Of a stretch of DNA of 64,000 bases, positions 50,185-60,522 are shown one piece after another. The first letter of the stretch is position 1, and every line of letters starts with the position of its first letter. The notes beneath the pieces are model-generated. The model had not been told where the DNA came from and ran no database searches. It saw nothing but the letters and a program-made list of their open reading frames with translations. The translations under genes were made by a program, and so were the position numbers. The DNA comes from a phage, in the sequence record PV805632.1; one strand, 5' to 3'.

Positions 50185-50501
50185 GCGAATATCTCCCGTC
50201 TTGCAGCAGCCAATACACCAATAATTGCACCTGCACCAGCCCACACCCACTTACCAAAAATTCCAGCACCTGCAACCTTATGTTTAATGGTGATGAACTC
50301 TTCGATGGTAGGTTCAGACTTAGTGATGCTCTCCTCTACCCGTCTAAGTCGGGTACTAAGATCACCCATAGACTCGCTTAGCTTTTTAATAGACTCATCC
50401 ATTTTCTCCCTTTCCCTCGATTCACGAGTTTGGTTTTCGAAAATGTTTCTCAGTCTCTCTTCGAGTCGGGCTAGAGTTACGTTATCTGGTTCATTTCCCA
50501 T
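50169..50501 (-). CDS. membrane-anchored coiled-coil protein (lysis-associated?)
   Basis: 110 aa, charged helical N-terminus and C-terminal TM AGAGIFGKWVWAGAGAIIGVLAA. Confidence 0.4.
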   Translation of the reverse strand: MGNEPDNVTLARLEERLRNIFENQTRESREREKMDESIKKLSESMGDLSTRLRRVEESITKSEPTIEEFITIKHKVAGAGIFGKWVWAGAGAIIGVLAAARREIFAWFTS

Positions 50502-50577
50502 AGGGATTTTCTCAGGTTAGTTAAGTCGTAATTGACTGAAACAGTCTACATAAAGGTTTGATTGGGGTACAACAAAA

Positions 50578-50598
50578 AAGCCCCTCCCTCATGGGCTT
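50578..50598 (-). terminator. rho-independent terminator (second of a tandem pair)
   Basis: minus strand AAGCCC-9 nt loop-GGGCTT followed by TTTTTTGTT. Confidence 0.55.
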
Positions 50599-50631
50599 CG
50601 AAGATTAAATACTTTTTCTGATGATAAAAAT

Positions 50632-50649
50632 AACCCCGCCGAAGCGGGG
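50632..50649 (-). terminator. hairpin terminator CCCCGC-TTCG-GCGGGG (18-nt element also present at 53258-53275)
   Basis: minus strand hairpin followed by TTATTTTTAT; exact 18-nt repeat of the element upstream of the gene. Confidence 0.55.
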
Positions 50650-50677
50650 CATAATTTTAGTTAACTGCTATGCCAGA

Positions 50678-53233
50678 TTAGCCCACATTACCAATAGTCA
50701 TGCTGTACTCAAGAGTAAATAACTGACTAGAAGCAGACGTGTTATATAATCCTACATAACCAGATGTAGCTACAGTAGTAGAGAATGCAGACGTAGTTGC
50801 CGTGCCATCATCTGACTCTACGGTAAAGGTATGAGCACCAGTAGAGGCGGAAGTATATTCCCATACTTTAAAGCCTTTATCTTCACGAGTAGTATCACCA
50901 AATACTACCCAGTCAGTTGGGTTAGTATTGTTGAACGTACCGATGCACATATTACCTGCAGCATTCACACCGACTAACACACCAACATTAGTAAGTGGGT
51001 TATAGTTAAGTGCAATATAGGTGTTTTTCTTAAGACCTTTCGGTACAGCCAGATAACCTACAGATGCAGCATTATAAAGGTGAGAGTCTGCGGTTTTACT
51101 GAACTGAGTACCAGACAAAACTTCACCAAATACACCATAGTCATTGGCGTTAGACTGCTTCATTACTGGAGCAGGGCGGGTCATGTTAGGTTCTTTGCTA
51201 AGACGAACCATCGGCAGCTTAACCCCATCCGTTTTGTAAGAACCAAACTTCAGCATAGGGAAGTAAGCATCAGTAGGACTACCATCAATGATATAACGGA
51301 TAAAGTTCAAACCTTTACGTAATCGCCCCATATAGGTAGTAAGGGTTTTGCCACCCCCAAAGTAACTCATGGCAGTCTTGCCATTAAGCACGGTACGGTA
51401 GGCATTAATTTGAGTATTACGCTCTTGGTATTCACCGGACTCAATCAATGCTTTGCCCGCAGGAGACTCAACACGGATGTTGTGCTGTTGCCCAACAACG
51501 GCAGCATTAGTCCATGGTTCTAGAAGGGATACAGTCATACCTTCTTCTTCACACCATACCATTGTGGTCATGGTTACATTTTCATTAGTTACACACTTAG
51601 ACAGAAAACGGAATACGTTCAGAGCAGGAGCACCAGATACAGGTACATACTGTGGTGCATAGTGAGTACCGGAAGGATACCCTACACAATCCCAATAGTT
51701 TTCTACAGCAGCCTGAGTGATCATATCCCCCGGTCTAACACGACGACAGTACTTATTACCAAGGGTCTGCATATACATCGCATTACCCATAGCCATTTGT
51801 CCAAGTTCTTGTGGGTGAGTAGTATCCCAGGTTCCATCCTTCTTAACATAGTAGTAGTACCCAGTTTGCTCATTGCGGCTACTTGCACTAGTCAGATTTG
51901 GTCCCAAGTTAAAATACTCAACACCTAGTTTATCTGCCATGTACTTCTTAGTACTAAGCTCAAATGCCATACGTACTGAGTCATTATCGTTGACTGTTAC
52001 AATACCAACAGCACAACCGTAGCCCCATGCTTTACGAACAAACTTGTCAATCTGGTCACGGTAGGTAGCGATACTAGCACTACTGTCATTCCAACCCATT
52101 GCAAGGATACATACACGAGGAGCTTCTGCACCATAGCGTGTGTTACCGAAGAACCCACGGTCGAAGTTACGATAGCCCCAACCGTCGGATAACTTCTTAC
52201 CAGATACGGAACAGTTAGCTGATTGGTAAATAGTTTCACCACTACGACGAGACTGTGTGAGCAACAAGCCATTCATCCAGTGTTCAGTCCATGAGTGGGA
52301 ACCTCCAGATAAAGAATGATTGTATGTACTTGGGGCATCTAAGTCACCATCTGAGTTAGTTGGCGGAGAACTCCAGTCCTGTTTACCCCATGCACCATCA
52401 GTAATGGAATCGCCAATGATACCGATACGACAAAATGTCTGGTCACGGAATGCACAGTATATTTCGTCATTAACGGTTTTATTGTTACCATTCATTGAAG
52501 CAGCAATGTCAAACGTATGGTCCTTTGCATACCACTGGTTTTTAACAATAAGTTTGCCTTCCCCAACAAACTTACGGACATCATCATCGGGGAGTAAGTT
52601 ACAACGAATGGTAACACCCTTAGGGATAAAGATTTTACCGGGGAAAGCATAAGCAGCTGCACGGTTATCCGTAGTAGTATTAACAACAATACCAGGAACA
52701 TCATATACGGAAGTAGAACCAACAGGAGGAATTAGACCACTGTTTAATTCTTGTCGTATTAATTCATCATTAGCAATAACCCATGCAGTGGGAGAAATAC
52801 CACCTGCACTAAACGGAGTAGAGTTAAGTGGTACGCTCTTGGGTAACCCACCAGCCCAGCGATACTGCGTGCCATTATGAGTAAGCAACTCATTCTTGGT
52901 CTGTATAACTGAGCCAGAAGTAAACGTATCCGGTAAAGTTACATATTCTTTGCGAGTAACAGCTAATGCACCTAAGTCCACGCTACCAGCAGAGTGAACT
53001 AATACACCAGCAGGGCTAAGGCTTATAGCAGTAACACCTGAACCAATGTTAGCAGGTAAGGAATAAGCACGTTGTGTAGCTTTGTCATAGATGACTTTGT
53101 AACCAGTAAGCAGAGCACCCACTGAGAAGTAAACAACCTCAGATTGTTTAACCCCAAAGTGACGTGCTATTGCTTGTTTATTGGTTAGGATTCCTGTTGA
53201 ACCCTTACCGCCTTGTGAGAACATTTCGTTCAT
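50678..53233 (-). CDS. tailspike protein with SGNH/GDSL esterase domain (probable O-antigen/capsule deacetylase)
   Basis: all four SGNH blocks in order: GDSIT, SLSGGSHSW, AMGWNDS, TWDTTHP; 851 aa; in G7C-like N4 phages an SGNH tailspike deacetylates O-antigen (from memory). Confidence 0.75.
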   Translation of the reverse strand: MNEMFSQGGKGSTGILTNKQAIARHFGVKQSEVVYFSVGALLTGYKVIYDKATQRAYSLPANIGSGVTAISLSPAGVLVHSAGSVDLGALAVTRKEYVTLPDTFTSGSVIQTKNELLTHNGTQYRWAGGLPKSVPLNSTPFSAGGISPTAWVIANDELIRQELNSGLIPPVGSTSVYDVPGIVVNTTTDNRAAAYAFPGKIFIPKGVTIRCNLLPDDDVRKFVGEGKLIVKNQWYAKDHTFDIAASMNGNNKTVNDEIYCAFRDQTFCRIGIIGDSITDGAWGKQDWSSPPTNSDGDLDAPSTYNHSLSGGSHSWTEHWMNGLLLTQSRRSGETIYQSANCSVSGKKLSDGWGYRNFDRGFFGNTRYGAEAPRVCILAMGWNDSSASIATYRDQIDKFVRKAWGYGCAVGIVTVNDNDSVRMAFELSTKKYMADKLGVEYFNLGPNLTSASSRNEQTGYYYYVKKDGTWDTTHPQELGQMAMGNAMYMQTLGNKYCRRVRPGDMITQAAVENYWDCVGYPSGTHYAPQYVPVSGAPALNVFRFLSKCVTNENVTMTTMVWCEEEGMTVSLLEPWTNAAVVGQQHNIRVESPAGKALIESGEYQERNTQINAYRTVLNGKTAMSYFGGGKTLTTYMGRLRKGLNFIRYIIDGSPTDAYFPMLKFGSYKTDGVKLPMVRLSKEPNMTRPAPVMKQSNANDYGVFGEVLSGTQFSKTADSHLYNAASVGYLAVPKGLKKNTYIALNYNPLTNVGVLVGVNAAGNMCIGTFNNTNPTDWVVFGDTTREDKGFKVWEYTSASTGAHTFTVESDDGTATTSAFSTTVATSGYVGLYNTSASSQLFTLEYSMTIGNVG

Positions 53234-53257
53234 ATAAACCTCTTTGTTTTTCTAAGA

Positions 53258-53275
53258 AACCCCGCCGAAGCGGGG
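53258..53275 (-). terminator. hairpin CCCCGC-TTCG-GCGGGG between the two tail fibre/spike genes
   Basis: identical to the 18-nt element at 50632-50649; followed on the minus strand by TTTCTT and an AAAGAGG RBS. Confidence 0.5.
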
Positions 53276-53280
53276 GTATT

Positions 53281-56200
53281 CTACCTGATAATGAACTTAC
53301 CGAGGCTAATATCATTTATCAAAGTTGCTACTATGTTTGCCAGTTGGGTGGTTGTTAACGTGTTCACATCACCACCACGCAACTGTCCGGCGTTGGTGAA
53401 CGGGAACTGCTGAGGCTGAGCGCTATTGTAGAACTGGTTACCCTCTTCATACCGAGAAGACGGCGTAGAAGTGTAAAGGATTCCTTTAGTAGTCGCAGGA
53501 ACAGAACAATTCACGATGTTTACATGACCAGCGATGCCAACGCACTCGATAGGGCGATCAACAGTACCAAACGGTTGAACACCAACCAGGCGATGCACGT
53601 TCAAGCTCTGAGCTGCCTGCGCGTACAGATAAGAACTAGGCTGCCCGTTAACACCTCTGATGTTCCAGTTATCCACTTCAATATGACGGGCATTATGAAT
53701 CTGACAGATTGCTTGACCGTCTGCATCAGGAAATGCGCCAACAATACGCACGTTCTTCATAGTGATGTCGGAAGTAGCTGTTGCGTTCAACCCGCAGTTA
53801 ATCATAACAGCTTTAGACCCAGATTGTGTGCAGTGGATTGTTAACCCATCGAATTCAATATCACCTAGATTTACCGTGTGAGAGGATCCATCCTTACGCA
53901 AAAAGAATACAGCCCAATCTGTGTGACCTGTTATTAAGATATTACTAAATCGCAGGCGTGTGCAGACTACCGGATAATATCGACAGAGGATTGGCTGTGA
54001 ACAATTCTTGATTGTGATGTTGTCATACGTGACATCACTGGAACCCTCAATCGCAATACCCGCATTACATGCTTCAATGTAAGCACCGGTCACACTTCCG
54101 TTGGTGAAGTTTGCGCGGATGCCATGCGATTCACAGTTCTTAATTGTTACGTTGCTAATGTTGACGCGAGTAATTGCAGTACCATTACCGCCGCCAACAC
54201 CAGTAACCAAATCGTCAGACTGAAGACGCAAACCGTTACCGCCGGATCCATTAATACTAATATCATGAATCATCACATTAAGCGTGCGACCGGGACGTGT
54301 TGAAGTCATAAACACAGAAGATGCCCATGTGTCTCTAGTACGGATATGATGTATATGTGCTTCTGTTGCGTTCCCAACAATAATCGCCATACCCTGACGG
54401 TTGCTGCCGTCCGGCTGTTGGATTTGTCCACGCCCACAATCGTGAGAATACAGGTTGTTTGCAAGCGTCCATCTACCATAATCCATTGTTACGTTGCTAT
54501 TCCATGCCCCCTGCAATTCACACCCTGAAAGCTCAAGCGTACCAGCAGATTGCATAGCCAACCCAACGCCAGGGTCAAATGACGCATCCTGTCGGTAGAA
54601 ATCAAAAAGGAAGTTACCGACAATGCGGATGTCATAAGGGGTATAGTCATATTCATTGTTTGTATCATTCCATGTTCTCGGTGAACGCAGCCAGAACTGA
54701 CGCGAATCTACCGTCACTTTCGGTAATAGCGGTTTGAGGTGAATATCCCCCTGGATGGTGAATATACCCTCAACTGTAACCGGTGAATAGCCAATGTAAA
54801 TATTACCTGCCTTTGGTAGTAGGCGCGAAAGCTGCGCATCGTTCTGCGCAATCTTCCAGCCAGTGATCACTTCGTTGAAGAACGAAGCCGGATATAGCTC
54901 GTGAGCGCCGTTAATGACGGTCTGGTCGAAACTGGTGACTGTCACAGATGACGTAAGCGCGGAACCCAACATCATCAGATTGCCACTCACCCTGACAAAC
55001 AGTACTCCTGACGGAATAACATCACCGACAGACAACGAACGGTTATTTTCTGTTGGGAAGCACGAACCACCGTAAAAACCTGATGGTATGTTGGTGGTAA
55101 AACTATTGTATTCTACCCAGGCGTTTGCCGATACTCCGCCAGTATTTATCGGCGTAGAGTTAGCCCCCACTGTTTTTGGTAAGGTTCCACCCCAGGCGTA
55201 GCACTGACCAGCAGCAACATGCCATACGACATCTAATTTGCTAGTAACTGTTGCACCCTCCTCAAAACTACCATCAACAAGCGTTAAGCCAGCCTCTGCA
55301 AGACTACGACGCCATAGTTCTCTGGTATTTCGCTGTTGGTAGGAATCCAGCAGAGTAACAGTAATATTTCCGGGGGAATAAGTTAACTGCCCATTGGAGA
55401 CAGCGTTGATGTAAACATTAGTAGGTAGAGTGGGTAACCCATAAATGTGTTGTGTAACTACATCATAAATTACCTTCTTACCATTAAGTACCTGAGTAGT
55501 ATCCGTACTAAGGATTACTTCAGAATCTTTTACGTTAGCTGCACGAGCCACTTCCTGAATAGTGTGGTCTGTTATTTCAAGTACCTTAGCTTCACCGCCC
55601 AACTGAACAATAAGACGGTCATTGGTTGCCAATGGTTCAGTAAGAAGGATTCGGTTATTGTCTGAGTCAATCGTATAGGAGTTATTAGTTAACCCTTTAT
55701 GGAAACGTAAACCATTCTTGTATACAGCAGGTACAGACTGGAAAGTGAAAGGAATATCAATTACCTGCTCCCCACCAACAGCAGCACCATGATTGTACAA
55801 CCAGTTAATAGTTACCCAGTCGGATACGTTAGGGTTATCCGGTGTAGCAGGAACACCTGTACGCATAACAACAACAAAGTCACCCTGCTCCAGTGGAGTA
55901 GTAAACTTAATCTCAAAAGCTACTGGGTCATACTCAAAATCGTAACCCTCAGTCTGCCAATCACCATTAACAATCATAAATGGTGCACCAGCCGTCTCAT
56001 CTGGGATACGAATGGTAGTCTCACCACCATTAGCTGAACCAGAGTTATAAACCCAAGGGATATACCCACCACCATTGGTGGACTCACCACCACTTCCACC
56101 AGTACCGGAAGTAGCTACCTTAACCCATGAACCAGTTGCAGTAGTATCATCTGGTAGGATACCGGTACGATCACCATCTACGTACAAATAGTCAGTAACC

Positions 56201-56481
56201 TGACGGTCACCTGCACGGGAGAATCCGTAGATACGGGCATACTTAGCATCAGCAGTAAGAGCCTTAAGTTCAGCCTCAGATTGTACGCCAATAACCATTC
56301 CATATTGATTCAGAAAATCATACAGGAGTTTCAGGTTACCCAAATTACAATACACAGTTCGGACTACGTGGTAAGCATTACCAAGTAGTGCGTCTACCAT
56401 TGGGTCGTTGGATTTATTCTGGCAGTAAGGATTGGACCAATCCTGATTTGCATCGAAGGGGGTATGTGCGTTCATCGCCAT
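53281..56481 (-). CDS. tail fibre/spike protein with right-handed beta-helix (pectin-lyase-like) repeats
   Basis: 1066 aa; G/N/T/S-rich repeats (NISNVTIKNCESHGIRANFTNGS, DNITIKNCSQPI); upstream of the SGNH spike. Confidence 0.65.
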   Translation of the reverse strand: MAMNAHTPFDANQDWSNPYCQNKSNDPMVDALLGNAYHVVRTVYCNLGNLKLLYDFLNQYGMVIGVQSEAELKALTADAKYARIYGFSRAGDRQVTDYLYVDGDRTGILPDDTTATGSWVKVATSGTGGSGGESTNGGGYIPWVYNSGSANGGETTIRIPDETAGAPFMIVNGDWQTEGYDFEYDPVAFEIKFTTPLEQGDFVVVMRTGVPATPDNPNVSDWVTINWLYNHGAAVGGEQVIDIPFTFQSVPAVYKNGLRFHKGLTNNSYTIDSDNNRILLTEPLATNDRLIVQLGGEAKVLEITDHTIQEVARAANVKDSEVILSTDTTQVLNGKKVIYDVVTQHIYGLPTLPTNVYINAVSNGQLTYSPGNITVTLLDSYQQRNTRELWRRSLAEAGLTLVDGSFEEGATVTSKLDVVWHVAAGQCYAWGGTLPKTVGANSTPINTGGVSANAWVEYNSFTTNIPSGFYGGSCFPTENNRSLSVGDVIPSGVLFVRVSGNLMMLGSALTSSVTVTSFDQTVINGAHELYPASFFNEVITGWKIAQNDAQLSRLLPKAGNIYIGYSPVTVEGIFTIQGDIHLKPLLPKVTVDSRQFWLRSPRTWNDTNNEYDYTPYDIRIVGNFLFDFYRQDASFDPGVGLAMQSAGTLELSGCELQGAWNSNVTMDYGRWTLANNLYSHDCGRGQIQQPDGSNRQGMAIIVGNATEAHIHHIRTRDTWASSVFMTSTRPGRTLNVMIHDISINGSGGNGLRLQSDDLVTGVGGGNGTAITRVNISNVTIKNCESHGIRANFTNGSVTGAYIEACNAGIAIEGSSDVTYDNITIKNCSQPILCRYYPVVCTRLRFSNILITGHTDWAVFFLRKDGSSHTVNLGDIEFDGLTIHCTQSGSKAVMINCGLNATATSDITMKNVRIVGAFPDADGQAICQIHNARHIEVDNWNIRGVNGQPSSYLYAQAAQSLNVHRLVGVQPFGTVDRPIECVGIAGHVNIVNCSVPATTKGILYTSTPSSRYEEGNQFYNSAQPQQFPFTNAGQLRGGDVNTLTTTQLANIVATLINDISLGKFIIR

Positions 56482-57182
56482 CCTCGTTGTTCAAATTTAG
56501 TTTCGGTAATTGAAATACTTCCATTAGCCAGGTCGTAATCAACAACCTCACCACAGATGCTTTCATACGTTTGCAGATACTCTGCTGCTTTAGCGTTAGC
56601 TTCAGGAGTATTCAAACCAGTGTGGTAACGATAACCCACCCAGTTATGAAGTGCCGTCATTAGCGTATCAGTTAAATCAACTTCCTGTTCTTCATCACCC
56701 GTAAGAACTGGGTGCTTAGCTTGATACGTTACGTTAAGTGCCTCGAAGTGTCGAGGTCGCATACACTGAATAGTATCAGGCCGTGGGGTGAAAATAGCAT
56801 GAGGGTCTGAATCGTCGTTCAGTCTACGTCGATTCCCCGAGTTATCAAACACATTTAAGATTTTAATAACATCATCCTGGAAAGGTTTCATGAACCCATC
56901 CATGATGTACGGATATTGAACCTCAAGAGTAGGCTTAGTAAATTTGGAGTAAGCATATTTGGATTGAAGAGGGTAATCAGTACGCCCTTCCTTCATCTCC
57001 ACAATGCAGCTATTTGTCTTAAGAGGGAAACGACTATGCAGTCGTACCAGTCCTTCATTAATAGCAGCCAGTATCTCCGGCTTACTATCTGGTTCAATAT
57101 CTAGTCTGTCATCCGTGACTGCACCAGTACCTTTTAAGGTACTTAGTGCTAAGCCTCGGTATACTTCCGATAATTTCTGCAT
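56472..57182 (-). CDS. hypothetical virion/tail protein
   Basis: 236-aa ORF between terminase and tail fibre gene. Confidence 0.45.
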   Translation of the reverse strand: MQKLSEVYRGLALSTLKGTGAVTDDRLDIEPDSKPEILAAINEGLVRLHSRFPLKTNSCIVEMKEGRTDYPLQSKYAYSKFTKPTLEVQYPYIMDGFMKPFQDDVIKILNVFDNSGNRRRLNDDSDPHAIFTPRPDTIQCMRPRHFEALNVTYQAKHPVLTGDEEQEVDLTDTLMTALHNWVGYRYHTGLNTPEANAKAAEYLQTYESICGEVVDYDLANGSISITETKFEQRGWR

Positions 57183-57188
57183 GGTTCC

Positions 57189-58799
57189 TCACACAATGTA
57201 TGAACGTAGTGGGTTAACACTATCTTCTTCTTCCTCATCCCACATTGGGTCACCCTTGTTATCCACCAAAGTCATACCTGCTTGTGGTTTCCAAGGATTG
57301 AGATAACCCAGCATGGAGATAGTATCAATACAGTCATCCTTACCTTTAATTCCATTAATGGTAGCTAGTTTAATCTGGCCCATGAACAGACCCATAATAG
57401 TTGTATCTCTCAACTCTTCCGGGAAGTACATCTTACCAGCTTTGAACCATGGAACTACCAGGTTGAAACGTGACAGTTTAGAGGTTACAGGACGGATGCC
57501 TGGCTTACCACCCTCAGAGGATGCAAAGTTAAAGAAGACATTACGGTTAATCATTTCTTTCTGAAGGAGTGAAATGAATCCACCCTGCTGTCCTGTAATT
57601 TCAACACCAACGTTTTGTGGTTGGTATTCCTGAACCAGACGGAACAAGTCGTCGAAGTTCTTATCCATAAGCTGACGATTAGCCACACCATCAACCCAGA
57701 ACCAATCTCCATTAGAACTGTAAGCCCAAACTGATATGACACTATAGTCACTAGTCTGTTTCTCCGAAGTAGCAAAGTCAGTTGTAATGTAATAGTTATA
57801 GCAAGACTTCATCCTTAACAATTGCTGCCTGCTATACCATTTAATCTCACTATCCTGAACAAGACGTTCATCTTCAGAACTAATACGAAGCATAAGTTCC
57901 TGGTAGAAGCCAGCCAACTTACCAGTCTTAACTGCCATGTCGTATTGGGCTTTAATGTAGTCATACGAGAAACGGTCATCCCATGCACCTTGAAACTCTT
58001 CTCTACTACAAGGGAACTTCTCACACACAGGCCATACGTTGACATCCCATGCACCGGACTCTACTGCTTCAATGATAATGTCTTCCTTATTAAAGGGAGT
58101 ACCATTGAAAATTACTTTACGACGTGTTGGGTCAAGAGCATGGTTCACACCTTTATAGACAGTATCCTTAATAGCTTCCATGCTTGTCTTAGAGTTAGCA
58201 TCACCATCACTAATCAAGTCATCCAGTACACATAGTGTCGGACGTTTACCGTATATCTTCGTACCACGAAGACCAGTCTTGGCACCAAACAGTTTAACCC
58301 CTAGGCGATGACCTTCTGCATTACGAAACTCTAACAGGTTATCTGTAAAAATAGCTTCGGGTATCCACTGCTGAAGGAACTCACTATTCTTGTATCGGAA
58401 CTCAATGTTCTTACGTGCAGACTTAGCACCGTTATCCATTGAGTCAGATACGTAAATCATTCCTTCTACTTTACCAAGACTTGGTAAATGCCCAAACACT
58501 GCCAAGAACAAAGTAAAGTATTCCATGAACACAGCAGTCTTACCTGCACCACGGAAACACAGGTTAACTACATACTGATTCGGGGTAATCATCTTATCCA
58601 ACATCTTCAGGTGAACTGGGGGTGTTTTGTTGGATTCACCCTCTTTACCATTAACCAACTTAATAAAGTTGGCAAAGGTAAGAGCAAACTGACTAGGAAC
58701 ATAGTTAGATGAATTAAGGTGGGAGTAATCCACCTGGTCTAGCCATTCATCTAGTTCCTGTTTAATTAACTCAGACATCTGTAATGTCCTCATCTGCAC
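57189..58799 (-). CDS. terL: terminase large subunit
   Basis: Walker A GAGKTAVFM, Walker B-like LCVLDDLISD, C-terminal nuclease-like region; 536 aa. Confidence 0.85.
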   Translation of the reverse strand: MQMRTLQMSELIKQELDEWLDQVDYSHLNSSNYVPSQFALTFANFIKLVNGKEGESNKTPPVHLKMLDKMITPNQYVVNLCFRGAGKTAVFMEYFTLFLAVFGHLPSLGKVEGMIYVSDSMDNGAKSARKNIEFRYKNSEFLQQWIPEAIFTDNLLEFRNAEGHRLGVKLFGAKTGLRGTKIYGKRPTLCVLDDLISDGDANSKTSMEAIKDTVYKGVNHALDPTRRKVIFNGTPFNKEDIIIEAVESGAWDVNVWPVCEKFPCSREEFQGAWDDRFSYDYIKAQYDMAVKTGKLAGFYQELMLRISSEDERLVQDSEIKWYSRQQLLRMKSCYNYYITTDFATSEKQTSDYSVISVWAYSSNGDWFWVDGVANRQLMDKNFDDLFRLVQEYQPQNVGVEITGQQGGFISLLQKEMINRNVFFNFASSEGGKPGIRPVTSKLSRFNLVVPWFKAGKMYFPEELRDTTIMGLFMGQIKLATINGIKGKDDCIDTISMLGYLNPWKPQAGMTLVDNKGDPMWDEEEEDSVNPLRSYIV

Positions 58800-59460
58800 G
58801 TACTAGTTTAGAACCAGCAATCTCTTTAGTAGGTACACCACTATTGATTGCATTAATTTGCTGTTCAGCCAATGCAGCAAGCGTTGCCTTGAGGTCAGTC
58901 AACCCAGAGTTTTCTCTTAAGTCCAGATTGATATTCGTTACCTGATCTTTCGGTTTAGCTAAGTGGGTAAGGATAGAGTTAGCTGCATCACATCTTACCT
59001 TCTCACTTACCGCTGTAGTCATCAGTTCAACCTGAACATTGATTGCCTTCTGATAGTTGTCTTGGTTCACAATCCACACCGGAACCAAACTTTGTTCCAT
59101 GATGAGGTTAACTAACTTACCTCTGTGATAAGCAGATACGTAAGCACTAATATCTTTCTCACTGGTTCCTCGAGCTACAAGTTCTGCTTGTCGGTTAGGG
59201 AATGTTTTGAAGTAGGCTTCCTTATTTGAATAGCCCATGTGTTTGTAAGTCACATACTGAACTGCATTCATGTAGTCCTGTGTCTTAAACTTACCCTCCT
59301 TCATAACACCAGAGTAAGAGATGAAGTTTTCACGGAATGCTTCAGCAACCAGTTGGTCTTGGGTTATGTTGTTAATCGTGTCTACCAACTCCTGGCTTAC
59401 ACTGTTCTTGAAGTTAGCAGGTAAGGCATTAATGATCTGCTGCTTAGTTAGCTCTCTCAT
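58771..59460 (-). CDS. hypothetical protein upstream of terL (possible small terminase subunit)
   Basis: 229-aa ORF overlapping the terL start; positional guess only. Confidence 0.35.
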   Translation of the reverse strand: MRELTKQQIINALPANFKNSVSQELVDTINNITQDQLVAEAFRENFISYSGVMKEGKFKTQDYMNAVQYVTYKHMGYSNKEAYFKTFPNRQAELVARGTSEKDISAYVSAYHRGKLVNLIMEQSLVPVWIVNQDNYQKAINVQVELMTTAVSEKVRCDAANSILTHLAKPKDQVTNINLDLRENSGLTDLKATLAALAEQQINAINSGVPTKEIAGSKLVRADEDITDV

Positions 59461-59631
59461 ACTTATCTCTCTACAAAGTTATGTCTATTATCGAAGATTC
59501 TTTTCTTGGGGTGGGATACCCCTTGAAGAAACTCTAACACACAGTTACACTTTAGTCATGATATAGAAAAAGTTCATGATACTAAATAGTATGTAATGTT
59601 CCGATGACCCTATCCCCAAAAGGAGTAACCT

Positions 59632-59922
59632 TTGAGAATCTATATGAGAGTCATCGACTCTAAAGACGAATACTCAGAGATAGACCATACCAAAGCTGGC
59701 TTTATGGCTGGTGACATAATCCTTACCCATGACGAAGATACATTCCATGAGTTATCTGGAATGATGCTATTAGAGAACCGTCCTGGTATTACCATCTTAG
59801 AACCGCAAGAAACTTACTCTTTAGAAAAGTCTATTCCATCTCTTGTGTTCTTCACAAAATTACCTCATAGTGTCCCCATCAAACGAAGCAAAGATAGCGT
59901 TCGGATGACGGTGATGATGTGA
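59632..59922 (+). CDS. small early protein, member 1 of a tandem paralog family
   Basis: TTG start with AAGGAG 7 nt upstream; shares the motif DEDTFHELSGMMLLEN...ILEP with the next three ORFs. Confidence 0.4.
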   Translation: MRIYMRVIDSKDEYSEIDHTKAGFMAGDIILTHDEDTFHELSGMMLLENRPGITILEPQETYSLEKSIPSLVFFTKLPHSVPIKRSKDSVRMTVMM

Positions 59923-60071
59923 TTAGTCATACCGCCTAGTAGACAGTGGCGGTACTCGTAAAGAGTTAATAACTTCTACAGTCAGGGTTCCCCGGCTCCT
60001 TTCCTACTCCGTAGGTCTAACGGTACATAAGTACCTAGGGGGGTGAACTGACCCGTGATTGAAAACGGTAA

Positions 60072-60108
60072 GGGGTAGGGTCGAGAGGCTCTACCCCATT
60101 TCTTTTTC
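60072..60108 (+). terminator. rho-independent terminator-like hairpin
   Basis: GGGGTAG...CTACCCC stem followed by ATTTCTTTTTCT. Confidence 0.45.
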
Positions 60109-60123
60109 TGGAGGCATGCAATT

Positions 60124-60522
60124 ATGAGCATCTACGCTTTTGATATTGATATTACTGGAGTACTCCGTAAACAGGAACCCTATTACCTTGGGGAACCAGA
60201 AGTAGTAAGTAAGTTCACTGCCCCGTCACAATCAGTATTCTTACCAGATTGCGAAGAGTCCCATGAAGTAATTGGTTCTCTTTTTTTATCCAACCTTCAA
60301 CTTAACACTGTGATATTGTCTGAACCAAGGGTGTATGACCTTACCTATTATGATGGGTTTAACGAGTTCTTCCCCGGCATACGCTTCTATAAGATAGATG
60401 GTTGGGAATTGATAGCTGACCATAACGTCTTTAATAAAACACTTTCCATTTACTTCAGACCTATTCCTAAAGGAAGGAAAATCAATCATGAAATTCATAA
60501 TGACTATCCCCAGTTTTGCTGA
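60124..60522 (+). CDS. small early protein, paralog family member 2
   Basis: motif CEESHEVIGSLFLSN...VILSEP. Confidence 0.45.
   Translation: MSIYAFDIDITGVLRKQEPYYLGEPEVVSKFTAPSQSVFLPDCEESHEVIGSLFLSNLQLNTVILSEPRVYDLTYYDGFNEFFPGIRFYKIDGWELIADHNVFNKTLSIYFRPIPKGRKINHEIHNDYPQFC

Noticed and set aside
59461-59631. N4-type hairpin promoters in the divergent intergenic region
   Set aside because: Only a weak 5-bp stem / 5-nt loop (59508-59522) found; I cannot match it to known N4 early promoter hairpins from memory.
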